This document shows, piece by piece, positions 1 through 9,004 of a stretch of 35,958 bases of DNA. How positions within the stretch are numbered: position 1 is the first letter of the stretch; each line of letters begins with the position of its first letter. The stretch is taken from the NCBI GenBank assembly GCA_964534375.1, contig CAZHPN010000047.1, forward strand, positions 1-35,958. The letters run 5' to 3'. Source of the DNA: an uncultured bacterium. Lineage in GTDB: Bacteria; Lernaellota; Lernaellaia; Lernaellales; Lernaellaceae. The notes under the pieces are model-generated. The model was not told the DNA's origin, ran no database searches, and saw nothing but the letters and a program-made list of their open reading frames with translations. The translations under genes were made by a program, and so were the position numbers.

Positions 1-198
1 CTCCTTGACCGGCATGCCGCTCCAGACGCGGGAATCGAACGTCTTGCGGGCGGCCGCGATCGCGCGTTTCGTGTCCGCCTTGGTCGCGACCGGCACTTGG
101 GCGATCGCCTCCTCGGTCGCGGGGTTGATCGTCGGACGGGTCTCGCCCGTCTCCGCCGGCATGAATTTCCCGTCGATATACAGTTCGTAGGTTTGCAT
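1..198 (-). CDS. Aldehyde dehydrogenase family protein, N-terminus (runs off the window edge)
   Basis: Not in the ORF track. Manual translation from ATG at 198: MQTYELYIDGKFMPAETGETRPTINPATEEAIAQVPVATKADTKRAIAAARKTFDSRVWSGMPVKE, the typical ALDH start (LYIDG..NPAT..AI.AAR). AAGGAG RBS at 205-210. Confidence 0.9.
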   Translation of the reverse strand, partial: MQTYELYIDGKFMPAETGETRPTINPATEEAIAQVPVATKADTKRAIAAARKTFDSRVWSGMPVKE

Positions 199-399
199 GG
201 GCCGCTCCTTGAAGAACTCTCCCGAACTCGGTCGAATGTTTCGGAAGAGCGTTAAGTAATTCACAGCTACCGCGAACCGCCGCCGCCGTCAAGCGTGACG
301 CGGCGCGGCTGCTGCCCTGAAGAGAATACGGATGCCCCCGTTCCGGGGCAACCGTCAATTCGTTTTGCTCTCCCGCGCCGAGGCCGGCGGGAGCTCGCG

Positions 400-864
400 T
401 TACGGTTTCGACAGCAGGGACTTCGCGCGATCCATGGTCTCCGTCCCCTTGCTCAACTCGGCCTGGGCAGCTTGAATCATCGTCGAACTGGCCGAATCTA
501 TGCCTTTTTGGTACAAGAAAGTGGCGCGCGTGTAATGCTTGGCCGCCTTGAGCAGCTCTTTGTGCGAGGGCCGGAATCGCGGAGGCGGGACGATTTTCTG
601 CAACTCTGTTTCCACCGTCCGGATCGAAACCAGGTGAACCGCCGTGAGCAGTATCCATTGTCGATCGTGCAGCAGCGCCGGCGAGTTCGCGGCCGCCGTG
701 CTTTGTTTGCCCAACCCGTCCAACGCGGATGCAAGCAGATCGAGCACGGGCGTCAACTTCGCATTGTAATCCTGGGCCGCCGTGTCTCCGTCCCCAAAAA
801 CCTCTCGCACACCGCCAAAACCGAGCAACGCGAACACGATGACAACAAGAATTGACCTTTTCAT
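400..864 (-). CDS. Hypothetical exported helical protein (154 aa)
   Basis: MKRSILVVIVFALLGFGG signal-peptide-like start, AAAGGAAG upstream, amphipathic helical body; family not recognised. Confidence 0.75.
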   Translation of the reverse strand: MKRSILVVIVFALLGFGGVREVFGDGDTAAQDYNAKLTPVLDLLASALDGLGKQSTAAANSPALLHDRQWILLTAVHLVSIRTVETELQKIVPPPRFRPSHKELLKAAKHYTRATFLYQKGIDSASSTMIQAAQAELSKGTETMDRAKSLLSKP

Positions 865-1063
865 TCCGCTTTCCTTTCATTAGCGACAGTTCGTTGTCAA
901 ACCAATTCCCGCGCGCCGGCCGCGCCGGCATCCAAGGACTCATAGATGACAATGCTCGTTGTGCATTCTCAGTGTCCTGCTTTTGCCGGGCGGCGTCAAG
1001 GACATCACAATCGATGTTTGGCCCATTTCCCGCGGCTGTTGCGCCGTACGGGTCTGCCGAACA

Positions 1064-1091
1064 ACTGCTCACTGTTCACTGTTCACTGTTC
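1064..1091. repeat. Heptamer tandem array (ACTGYTC)x4
   Basis: actgctc actgttc actgttc actgttc, between divergent genes. Confidence 0.9.
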
Positions 1092-1106
1092 CATGCCCGT
1101 CCGCCA

Positions 1107-1135
1107 TTGACGCCGCGCCGGCGACGTGGTGCAAT
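1107..1135 (+). promoter_or_regulatory. Putative sigma70 promoter of the propeller lipoprotein gene
   Basis: TTGACG-17 bp-TGCAAT with TG at the extended -10 position, about 95 bp upstream of ATG 1231. Confidence 0.45.
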
Positions 1136-1230
1136 CCGTTCGCCGCGGCCGGCCCGGCCGCGGCAATAGTGGATGAATCGCCAATAACTGGAAAGCGCAT
1201 TTGCGGCGCGGGCGTTTGGAGGGGCGAACC

Positions 1231-3318
1231 ATGCGAGTCACTTATCCTTTGTTGATTGTGTTCGTCGCGGCGTTGCTCGCCGGCGCTTTTGCCTGCGGCA
1301 GTTCGAGCAGCAGTCGCGCTCAGAACGTGAACAACGACGACGACGCGTCGCCGCCGGCGGACGACGACGACGACGTTTCGCCCGGCGCCGACGACGATTC
1401 GACGCCGGCGGACGACGACGACAACGATGACGACAATGCCAACGATGTTTTTGCCGTCGGCGACGGCGGAACGATTTTGCACTACGACGGTTCGTCGTGG
1501 TCGGTGATGAACAGCGTGACGTCGGCGAATTTGACCGGCGTCTGGGGCTCGTCGCATAGCGATGTTTTTGCGGTGGGGAGCAACGCCGTCGTGCATTACG
1601 ACGGTTCCTCCTGGTCCAACGTGCTGAGCGCACCCGCTGCGTATTTCACGGGCGTCTGGGGAACCTCGCCGTCGAACGTGTACGTCGTCGGCGAAAACGT
1701 CGTTTGCCGCTACGACGGATCGTCGTGGTCGACCCAATGGACCGGCCCGCCGTCGCTTTTCCCGGGTGTGGGGGGCGTGTGGGGCGGTTCCGCCGGCGAC
1801 GTTTTTGTCGTGGGCGGATGGATGTACACGGTCATCAACCCCTTTTACCCGGTCTATTACGCCGGCGATTTCGTATTGCACGGCGACGGTGTTTCGTGGG
1901 CGCCCGTCTACGGCGGCTTGTTTGCCTGGTTGGCCGGCGTTTGGGGGACCTCCCATTCCGACGTCTTCGCCGTCGGAACGGGCCTCGACGACCAAGATTA
2001 CGCCGTCAGCGACGTGATCGTGCACTTCGACGGGTCGGCCTGGACGGCCTGGTTGGTGACGTTCACGAAGCCCGATGCAAACCCATATTTGCAGGGCGTT
2101 TGGGGCGCGTCATCGACCGACGTGTTCGCGGTGGGCAACAAGATCTTTCACTATGACGGAACCGGTTGGTCGCAAATGAACGACTTCAGCGGGCCCGGCT
2201 TGCTGGGTGTTTGGGGACGTTCGGGCGCGGACGTGATCGCGGTGGGCGACGGCGGCGCAATCTTCCACTACAATGGCGCTTCCTGGTCGGCCATGACGAG
2301 CATGGCGACGGTGGCCTTGTACGGCGTGTGGGGAACTTCTGCCGGCGATGACGACGATGACAACGACGATGACGATGACAACACGCCTTTCTGGTCGAGC
2401 ACGACAAACGAGACGGCGACCGAATTGCTCGGCGTTTGGGGCAGTTCGGCCGCGGATGTGTTTGCGGTCGGAGCGGCCTATAGCGAAATCGCCGTTTCCG
2501 GCGTGATTTTGCACTACGACGGCGCTGCGTGGTCGACGATGGTGAGCGGGCTGGCGCAGATGCCGTTCAACGCGGTTTGGGGAAGCTCGAGCGCCGATGT
2601 GTTCGCCGTGGGATCGCCACCGGCCAATGGGAATATCAGCGGCGTTTGGCGCTACGACGGCGCCGCGTGGTCGCCGATGACGAGCGAGACGACGAACGGG
2701 GCGGAGTTGGGCGGCGTTTGGGGCAGCTCGGCCTCCGACGTGTTCGCCGTCGGCTGGGACCCTAACGGCGCCGCGTTCTATCTGCACTACGACGGCGCCT
2801 CGTGGTCGGCGACGGCAAAGCAGGCAGCCGTTGAGCCCTATGGCATTGGGGGTGTCTCCGCCTCCGACGTGTTCGTCGTCGGAATGGACTACGACCAAGA
2901 CGCCGCGATCGAGCACTACGACGGCGCCTCGTGGTCGGAAATGACGATCGGGCTCCCGGAGAATTCGCGTCTGCTCGGCGCTTGGGGCAGTTCGGCCACC
3001 GACGTCTATACCGTCGGATGGGATAACCCCGACATCGGAGTGCTTGCACATTATGACGGCTCCGCGTGGACGCAGTTGTCGAGTTTCGGGGCCGCGAACC
3101 TGCAGGGCGTGTGGGGAAGCTCCGTCTCCGACGTGTTCGCCGTCGGCAGTTCCATTTTGCATTACGACGGCTCGTCTTGGTCGTCGATGTGGAGCGGGTC
3201 GTCGCAGATGTTGTACAGCGTCTGGGGAAGCTCCGGTTCCGATGTGTACGCCGTGGGGGCGACCTACGACGCCTTTGGAAATCCGAGCGTCGGCCTGATC
3301 CTGCATTACCGGGGATAA
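1231..3318 (+). CDS. Lipoprotein with poly-Asp linkers and two 7-repeat beta-propeller-type domains (VWGSSxxDVFAVG..ILHYDGxxW repeats)
   Basis: ATG 1231 after GGAGGG; signal peptide ending LAGAFA|CG; Asp-rich linker, 7 repeats, second Asp linker, 7 more repeats. Confidence 0.9.
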   Translation: MRVTYPLLIVFVAALLAGAFACGSSSSSRAQNVNNDDDASPPADDDDDVSPGADDDSTPADDDDNDDDNANDVFAVGDGGTILHYDGSSWSVMNSVTSANLTGVWGSSHSDVFAVGSNAVVHYDGSSWSNVLSAPAAYFTGVWGTSPSNVYVVGENVVCRYDGSSWSTQWTGPPSLFPGVGGVWGGSAGDVFVVGGWMYTVINPFYPVYYAGDFVLHGDGVSWAPVYGGLFAWLAGVWGTSHSDVFAVGTGLDDQDYAVSDVIVHFDGSAWTAWLVTFTKPDANPYLQGVWGASSTDVFAVGNKIFHYDGTGWSQMNDFSGPGLLGVWGRSGADVIAVGDGGAIFHYNGASWSAMTSMATVALYGVWGTSAGDDDDDNDDDDDNTPFWSSTTNETATELLGVWGSSAADVFAVGAAYSEIAVSGVILHYDGAAWSTMVSGLAQMPFNAVWGSSSADVFAVGSPPANGNISGVWRYDGAAWSPMTSETTNGAELGGVWGSSASDVFAVGWDPNGAAFYLHYDGASWSATAKQAAVEPYGIGGVSASDVFVVGMDYDQDAAIEHYDGASWSEMTIGLPENSRLLGAWGSSATDVYTVGWDNPDIGVLAHYDGSAWTQLSSFGAANLQGVWGSSVSDVFAVGSSILHYDGSSWSSMWSGSSQMLYSVWGSSGSDVYAVGATYDAFGNPSVGLILHYRG

Positions 3319-3410
3319 TGTGAGTGGCGAATATTGAATACGGAGACCACGGAGCCGACCACAGATTTCTCAGCCCGGCCTTCGGCCGCAGCCAAACCGC
3401 TTGCATCAAG

Positions 3411-3460
3411 GCCCCGGGTTGAAATCCGGGGCTGCTTTCAGGCGTCCCCCGGAGGGACGC
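3411..3460. repeat. REP-like double hairpin
   Basis: GCCCCGG-gttgaaat-CCGGGGC (3411-3432) followed by GCGTCCC-ccgga-GGGACGC (3442-3460). Confidence 0.65.
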
Positions 3461-3482
3461 TATGAACGTAGTTCAGGATTTC

Positions 3483-3847
3483 AGAGACTGTCGATTTTCT
3501 CCCTAATCGACGATGACCGATGTGCCCGACGCCACGAATGTCGCGCCCCTTAAGACGTCATTCCCGCGGAGGCGGGAATCCAGGAACATTCGTTGCGTCC
3601 GAGGGCGCAACGCGCGCGAACGTTCGCACTGATGCTGTAAGAGCGCCCCCCGCCTTCGCGGGGGCAGGCTCTTCGGGGCGCGATCTGGGAAATCGCGCCT
3701 GGAAAGGCCTGCCCCCGCGAAGGCGGGGGGCGCTCTTACATTGCCTGGATTCCCGCCTCCGCGGGAATGACGAATCAAGGGGCGAAGCCGCGTAATCGTG
3801 GGGAATACGATGGATGCTTTGCAACGCCAAGAAAATCGACAGTCTCT
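3483..3847. mobile_element. MITE-like non-autonomous element, 365 bp
   Basis: Perfect 18-bp terminal inverted repeats AGAGACTGTCGATTTTCT (3483-3500) and AGAAAATCGACAGTCTCT (3830-3847); TTC on both flanks (possible target duplication); no credible ORF inside. Confidence 0.65.
3556..3772. repeat. Nested REP/REPIN-like inverted repeats
   Basis: Perfect 29-bp IR CGTCATTCCCGCGGAGGCGGGAATCCAGG (3556-3584 / 3744-3772) enclosing perfect 34-bp IR TGTAAGAGCGCCCCCCGCCTTCGCGGGGGCAGGC (3636-3669 / 3707-3740). Confidence 0.9.
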
Positions 3848-3999
3848 TTCGTCCTGGGGACGTTGGCGATGCGAAAATCTTTGCGCCGAAACAAGAAACA
3901 AAACGATAGCAGTACAGAGAATCACGTTGGACGCCGTTCTGTCCACGGCAAACGCGCCGACCAACAATCCTGCTTTCCGGAAGACGCTTTCTCGGCGGC

Positions 4000-4076
4000 G
4001 CACTTTTGGCCGAGCGTCGAGCTCAAAGGTGTGCGGACCATTCCCGAGCACACCTTTGCCGCGGCGACAAAAGTGT
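4000..4076. repeat. Nested hairpin built from CAAA(A/G)GTG motifs
   Basis: CACTTTTG (4001-4008) pairs with CAAAAGTG (4068-4075); inner CAAAGGTGTGC (4024-4034) pairs with GCACACCTTTG (4048-4058). Confidence 0.7.
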
Positions 4077-4342
4077 GCCACCCAGTTGCCGTCTGCCGAC
4101 CACACGCCGGCAACGAGACGACTCGACTCGGCTCGGAGGCTGAGAATGAACGACCGGGGCTGGCATGCCGATCGGCCGGCGCTCGGCGAGTTGGCCGCGC
4201 CAGCCACCGCCTCGGCCGCCGCGTCCGCCCCGGTCATTTTCTCCTTTTTTCTTTTTCTTTTTTGCATCTCCCCCGCGAGGCCACGCCCGCCCGCTCCGCG
4301 GCGTCAATGCGGCGTCCAACCTCTTCTCCCTCCAATTCCGAG

Positions 4343-4359
4343 TTCTCAGTTAACTTTAC
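4343..4359 (+). promoter_or_regulatory. Putative OmpR-family response regulator site upstream of mdtA
   Basis: TTCTCA-GTTAA-CTTTAC; the 11-mer GTTAACTTTAC recurs at 14729-14739. Confidence 0.4.
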
Positions 4360-4456
4360 CGCAGCCGGCGTGTCTTTGGTTGGTGGATGCGCCGGAGACT
4401 ATTCTGCCAATGCCCGATCCATGGTCTGAGCCTTGCCCCGGAGGGGTCTTGACCTT

Positions 4457-5848
4457 ATGATGCAGCGTTTTTCTAAAGACAAGGGGGTGATCTTGCGAAG
4501 ATTGCCGATCATCGTTATGTGCTTGATCTTGCTGGCTTCGTGCTCCAAATCGGGCTCTTCGGCCATCGCCGGCGATCCCGCGGCCACCCCCGCCGCCAAG
4601 GCGGCCGGGGCGGGCGCGCACGGCGCCGCCGGCGCGGCCGGCGCGGCTGGCGCGGCGGCGCGCGTGGTGCCGGTCGTCACGGCCCCGGTCGCACGGCGCG
4701 ACATGCCGATTTATTTGGAAGGTCTGGGCACCGTCACGGCGAACGCAACGGTCACGGTCCGCACGGTCGTCGACGGCCCGCTCACCGAAGTGCTTTTCAA
4801 GGAAGGGCAGTCCATCCGCAAAGGCGGCGCGCTGGCGCAGGTCGACCCGCGGCCGTTCGCCGCGCAACTGCACCTGGCCGAGGGCCAACTTGCTCGCGAC
4901 GAGGCGCTGCTGGCGAACGACAAGCGCATTCGCGATCGGGATGACGAACTCGAGCGGCAGAAGCTGCTCGACACGCAAACGGCCGAAACGCAGCGCACGC
5001 AAGTGGCGCAGGACGAAGGCGTCGTCCGGATCGACCGCGCCAACGTGGAAACGGCCCGGCTCAATCTCGATTATTCGCGGATCGTGGCGCCGGTCGACAG
5101 CGTGGTCGGCATCCGCAACATCGACCCCGGCAACATCGTGCACGCGGCGGACACCAACGGCATCGTGATGCTGACGCAACTCGACCCGATCGCCGTGATT
5201 TTCATCCTGCCGCAGGACAACCTGCCGGCGATCGCCGCCGAAAAGGCGCGCGGCGATCTGACCGTCGTCGTGTTCAGCGGCGACGGCAAAACCGAGCTCG
5301 CCCGCGGCAAACTGACCGTCATCGACAACCTCATCAACGTCAACACCGCGACGCTCCGGCTCAAAGCCATGTTCGCCAACCCCAGCCACGTCCTCTGGCC
5401 GAACCAGTTCGTCAAGGCGCGGCTGATGCTCTCGGTCCGGCACGACGCGCTGGTCGTGCCGGCGCAGGCGGTTCAGCGCGGCCAGCAAGGCTCGTACGTC
5501 TACGTCGTCGGCGAAGATCAAACCGTGCAAGCGCGCCCGGTCGTCGTCGAGCTGCTGCAAGGCGACGACGCCCTGCTCGCCTCGGGTCTCGAATCCGGCG
5601 AAACCGTCGTCATCGAAGGCCAGAACCAACTGCGGCCCGGCAGCAAGGTCGCCGTGCGCAAACCCGGCGCCGAAAACGCCCCGGCCGGACCGGGCGGCGT
5701 CCCCGGCGCTCCCGGCGCCGCCGGCGAAACCGGCAAACATGGTTCCCGCGGCGGCGACGGCGGGAAACCGTCCGCCGAAAATCCGGCCGCGCCGGCCGGG
5801 TTGCAACCATCGGCCGAGGCGACGCCGGCCGCCAAGGAGCCCTCGTGA
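4457..5848 (+). CDS. mdtA: RND efflux periplasmic adaptor (MdtA-like), lipoprotein
   Basis: LLASC lipobox; GLGTV..VDG.L..V.FKEGQ..QVDPRPF, DPGNIVHA.D, LWPNQFV motifs; directly upstream of two RND permeases. Start uncertain (ATG 4457 or TTG 4493). Confidence 0.93.
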   Translation: MMQRFSKDKGVILRRLPIIVMCLILLASCSKSGSSAIAGDPAATPAAKAAGAGAHGAAGAAGAAGAAARVVPVVTAPVARRDMPIYLEGLGTVTANATVTVRTVVDGPLTEVLFKEGQSIRKGGALAQVDPRPFAAQLHLAEGQLARDEALLANDKRIRDRDDELERQKLLDTQTAETQRTQVAQDEGVVRIDRANVETARLNLDYSRIVAPVDSVVGIRNIDPGNIVHAADTNGIVMLTQLDPIAVIFILPQDNLPAIAAEKARGDLTVVVFSGDGKTELARGKLTVIDNLINVNTATLRLKAMFANPSHVLWPNQFVKARLMLSVRHDALVVPAQAVQRGQQGSYVYVVGEDQTVQARPVVVELLQGDDALLASGLESGETVVIEGQNQLRPGSKVAVRKPGAENAPAGPGGVPGAPGAAGETGKHGSRGGDGGKPSAENPAAPAGLQPSAEATPAAKEPS

Positions 5849-8800
5849 GCATGGTGGAATCCGGCGGGCTGGCCAACGGCGACCGCGCGACCGCGAGCAT
5901 TTCCGAGCCCTTCATTCGCCGGCCGGTCGCGACGACGCTGCTGACCTTCGGCCTGCTGCTCGCCGGGTTGACCGGCTATCGGCAGTTGCCGGTGTCGGCG
6001 CTGCCGCAGGTCGACTATCCGACGATCGTCGTCTCGACGATGCTGCCGGGCGCGAGCGCCGACACGATGGCGACCGCGGTCACGACGCCGCTCGAACGGC
6101 AATTCGGGCAGGTGCCGTCGTTGTCGCAGATGACCTCGGTCTCGAGTTTCGGCAGTTCGCAAATCACCTTGCAATTTTCGCTCGAACGCAATATCGACGC
6201 GGCCGAACAGGACGTCCAGGCGGCAATCAATGCCGCCTCCACCCTGCTGCCGACCACCCTGCCCGCGCCGCCGACGTACTCGAAGACCAACCCCGCGGAC
6301 ACGCCGATCCTGACGCTGGCGGTGTCGTCCGACACGCTGCCCCTCGACCAGGTCGACGATCAGGCGGACTCGATCATCGCGCAGAAGGTTTCCCAGGTCT
6401 CCGGCGTCGGCCTCGTGTCGATCAACGGCGGCCAGAAGCCGGCGGTGCGCGTGCAAATCGACCCGGCGAAGCTCGCGGGCACGGGGCTGACGCTCGAAGA
6501 CATCCGCGCGGCGCTGGTCGCGGCGAACGTCAACCAACCGATCGGCAACCTCGACGGCCCGCGCCTCGATTACGCGCTGGCCGACGACGGTCAACTGTTC
6601 ACCGCCGCGGCGTACCGGCCGCAGGTGGTGGCGTACGTCAAAGGCGCCCCGGTTCGTTTGCGCGACGTCGGCGACGTGATCGACGGCGTCGAGAATGCGC
6701 AACTCGCCGGTTGGGCGGGCAAGCGCCGCGCCATCATCTTGAACGTCCAGCGCCAGCCGGGCGCGAACGTCATCCAGGTGGCCGACCGCGTCAAGGCGCT
6801 GCTGCCCCGGCTGCGCGCGTCGCTGCCGCAGGGCTTGCGGGTCGCCATTCTCGCCGACCGCACGGAGACGGTGCGCGCGTCGGTGAAAGACGTGCAATTC
6901 ACGATGCTGCTGACGATCTTCCTCGTCGTCGCGGTCATCTATCTGTTCCTGCGGTCGCTGCGCGCGACGATCATCCCCGGGGTGGCGGTGCCGCTGTCGC
7001 TGATCGGCGCGTTCGGCGTGATGTACCTGTGCGGCTACAGCCTCAACAACCTGTCGCTGATGGCGCTGACGATTTCGACCGGCTTCGTCGTCGACGACGC
7101 GATCGTGATGATCGAAAACATCTCGCGCTTCATCGAAAGCGGCGACGCGCCGTTTTACGCCGCGCTCAAGGGCGCGAAGCAAATCGGCTTCACCATCGTC
7201 TCGCTGACCGTTTCGCTGGTGGCGGTGCTGATCCCGTTGCTGTTCATGAGCGGTTTGATCGGCCGGCTGTTCCGCGAATTCGCCGTGACGCTGGCGATCG
7301 CGATCTTCGTTTCGGCGATCCTCTCGCTGACCCTGACGGCCATGATGTGCGCCTACCTGCTGCGCCCGCACGGCCAGGTGCACGGCCGCGTTTATCGCGC
7401 CTCCGAACGTTTCTTCGACGGGATGCTCGCGTGGTACAAGCGCGGGCTCGATTGGGTGCTCAACCGCCAGCCGCTGACGCTCGGGATCACGATCGCGACC
7501 CTCGCGATGACGATCCTCCTGGCGATCGTCGTGCCGAAGGGCTTCTTCCCGCTGCAGGACACCGGCCAGATCGCCGGCGTCACCGAGGCGGGGCCCGACG
7601 TCTCGTTTCCGCAAATGATGGCCTTGCAGGAAGAGGTCGCCGCGGCGGCTTTGCAAGACCCGGACGTCGCGACGGCCGCGTCGTTTATCGGGGCCGACGG
7701 CACGAATCCGACGACCAACAGCGGCCGGCTGTCGCTGACCCTGCGGCCGCTCGAGGAGCGCAAGTCCAGCGCCTCGCAAATCATCGAGCGGCTCAAGACG
7801 CGCGCGGCCGGGATCCCCGGCATTCAATTGTATCTGCAGCCGGTGCAGGATTTGACGATCGAAAGCCGCGCCAGCCGCACCCAGTTTCAGTACACGCTGG
7901 AAGACGCCGACCCGACGGAACTGGAAACCTGGGCGCCCAAAATGATGGCCAAAATGCGGGCGTTGCCGCAGTTGCGCGACGTGGCGACGGACCTCGAGAC
8001 CAACGGGCTGCAACTCAAGCTGACCATCGACCGCGACAGCGCGGCGCGCGTCGGCGTGCTGCCCCAGAACGTCGACGACGCGCTGTACGATTCGTTCGGC
8101 CAGCGCCAGGTGACGACGATTTTCACGCAGCTCAACCAATACCGCGTCATTCTCGAAGTGAAGCCCGAATATCAAATGGACGCGCGGACGCTCGACAAAC
8201 TGTATATTCGCACCCAATCCGGCGACACGGTGCCGCTGTCGGCGATCGCCTCGGCCAGGGTCGAGCGGACGGCGCTGACGGTCAACCACCAGGGTCAGTT
8301 CCCCTCGGCGACGCTGTCGTTCGATACGGCGGCTGGCGTCTCCCTGGGCGAAGCGGTCGAGGCGATCCACGCGGCGGAAACGGAAATCGGGCTGCCGCCG
8401 GGCGTGCGGGCGGACTTCACCGGCGCGGCGCAGGTTTTCCGCGAATCGCTGGCCAGCGAGCCGATCCTGATTCTGGCGGCGCTGCTGACCGTTTATATCG
8501 TGCTGGGCGTGCTGTACGAGAGTTACATTCACCCGGTGACGATCATCTCGACCCTGCCGTCGGCGGGCGTCGGCGCCTTCCTGGCGCTGATGATCTGCCG
8601 CACGGAATTCAGCATCATCGCCCTGATCGGCATCATCCTCCTGATCGGCATCGTGAAGAAAAACGCGATCATGATGATCGACTTCGCGCTGGAGGCCGAA
8701 CGCGACCAGCACCTGACGCCGCGCGAGGCGATCCACCAGGCCTGCCTGCTGCGTTTTCGGCCGATCATGATGACGACGATGGCGGCGCTCTTCGGCGGCA

Positions 8801-8997
8801 TCCCGCTAGCCCTGGGCACGGGCACCGGCTCGGAGCTGCGCCGGCCGCTGGGCATCAGCATCGTCGGCGGCCTGCTGATCTCGCAGGTGCTTACCTTGTT
8901 CACGACGCCGGTCGTTTACCTGTACATGGACCGGCTCGGCAAGCTGCTCGGCCGCCTGCGGAAAAAAGCCCCCAAGCCGGCGAGCGCGCCGGCGTGA
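5845..8997 (+). CDS. mdtB: RND efflux permease MdtB-like
   Basis: FIRRPVATTLL..LPVSALPQVDYPTI, PLERQFGQ, GFVVDDAIVMIENISR, GIVKKNAIMMIDFAL, RFRPIMMTT; overlaps the mdtA stop. Confidence 0.95.
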   Translation: MSMVESGGLANGDRATASISEPFIRRPVATTLLTFGLLLAGLTGYRQLPVSALPQVDYPTIVVSTMLPGASADTMATAVTTPLERQFGQVPSLSQMTSVSSFGSSQITLQFSLERNIDAAEQDVQAAINAASTLLPTTLPAPPTYSKTNPADTPILTLAVSSDTLPLDQVDDQADSIIAQKVSQVSGVGLVSINGGQKPAVRVQIDPAKLAGTGLTLEDIRAALVAANVNQPIGNLDGPRLDYALADDGQLFTAAAYRPQVVAYVKGAPVRLRDVGDVIDGVENAQLAGWAGKRRAIILNVQRQPGANVIQVADRVKALLPRLRASLPQGLRVAILADRTETVRASVKDVQFTMLLTIFLVVAVIYLFLRSLRATIIPGVAVPLSLIGAFGVMYLCGYSLNNLSLMALTISTGFVVDDAIVMIENISRFIESGDAPFYAALKGAKQIGFTIVSLTVSLVAVLIPLLFMSGLIGRLFREFAVTLAIAIFVSAILSLTLTAMMCAYLLRPHGQVHGRVYRASERFFDGMLAWYKRGLDWVLNRQPLTLGITIATLAMTILLAIVVPKGFFPLQDTGQIAGVTEAGPDVSFPQMMALQEEVAAAALQDPDVATAASFIGADGTNPTTNSGRLSLTLRPLEERKSSASQIIERLKTRAAGIPGIQLYLQPVQDLTIESRASRTQFQYTLEDADPTELETWAPKMMAKMRALPQLRDVATDLETNGLQLKLTIDRDSAARVGVLPQNVDDALYDSFGQRQVTTIFTQLNQYRVILEVKPEYQMDARTLDKLYIRTQSGDTVPLSAIASARVERTALTVNHQGQFPSATLSFDTAAGVSLGEAVEAIHAAETEIGLPPGVRADFTGAAQVFRESLASEPILILAALLTVYIVLGVLYESYIHPVTIISTLPSAGVGAFLALMICRTEFSIIALIGIILLIGIVKKNAIMMIDFALEAERDQHLTPREAIHQACLLRFRPIMMTTMAALFGGIPLALGTGTGSELRRPLGISIVGGLLISQVLTLFTTPVVYLYMDRLGKLLGRLRKKAPKPASAPA

Positions 8998-9004
8998 GGC
9001 GACC

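Noticed and set aside
333..350. TGCCCC-cgttcc-GGGGCA hairpin as a terminator
   Set aside because: Only a 6-bp stem with no clear U-tract; too weak to call.
3503..4460. ORFs of 220-254 aa between the propeller gene and mdtA
   Set aside because: They run through REP palindromes and low-complexity tracts with no recognisable domain; treated as non-coding.
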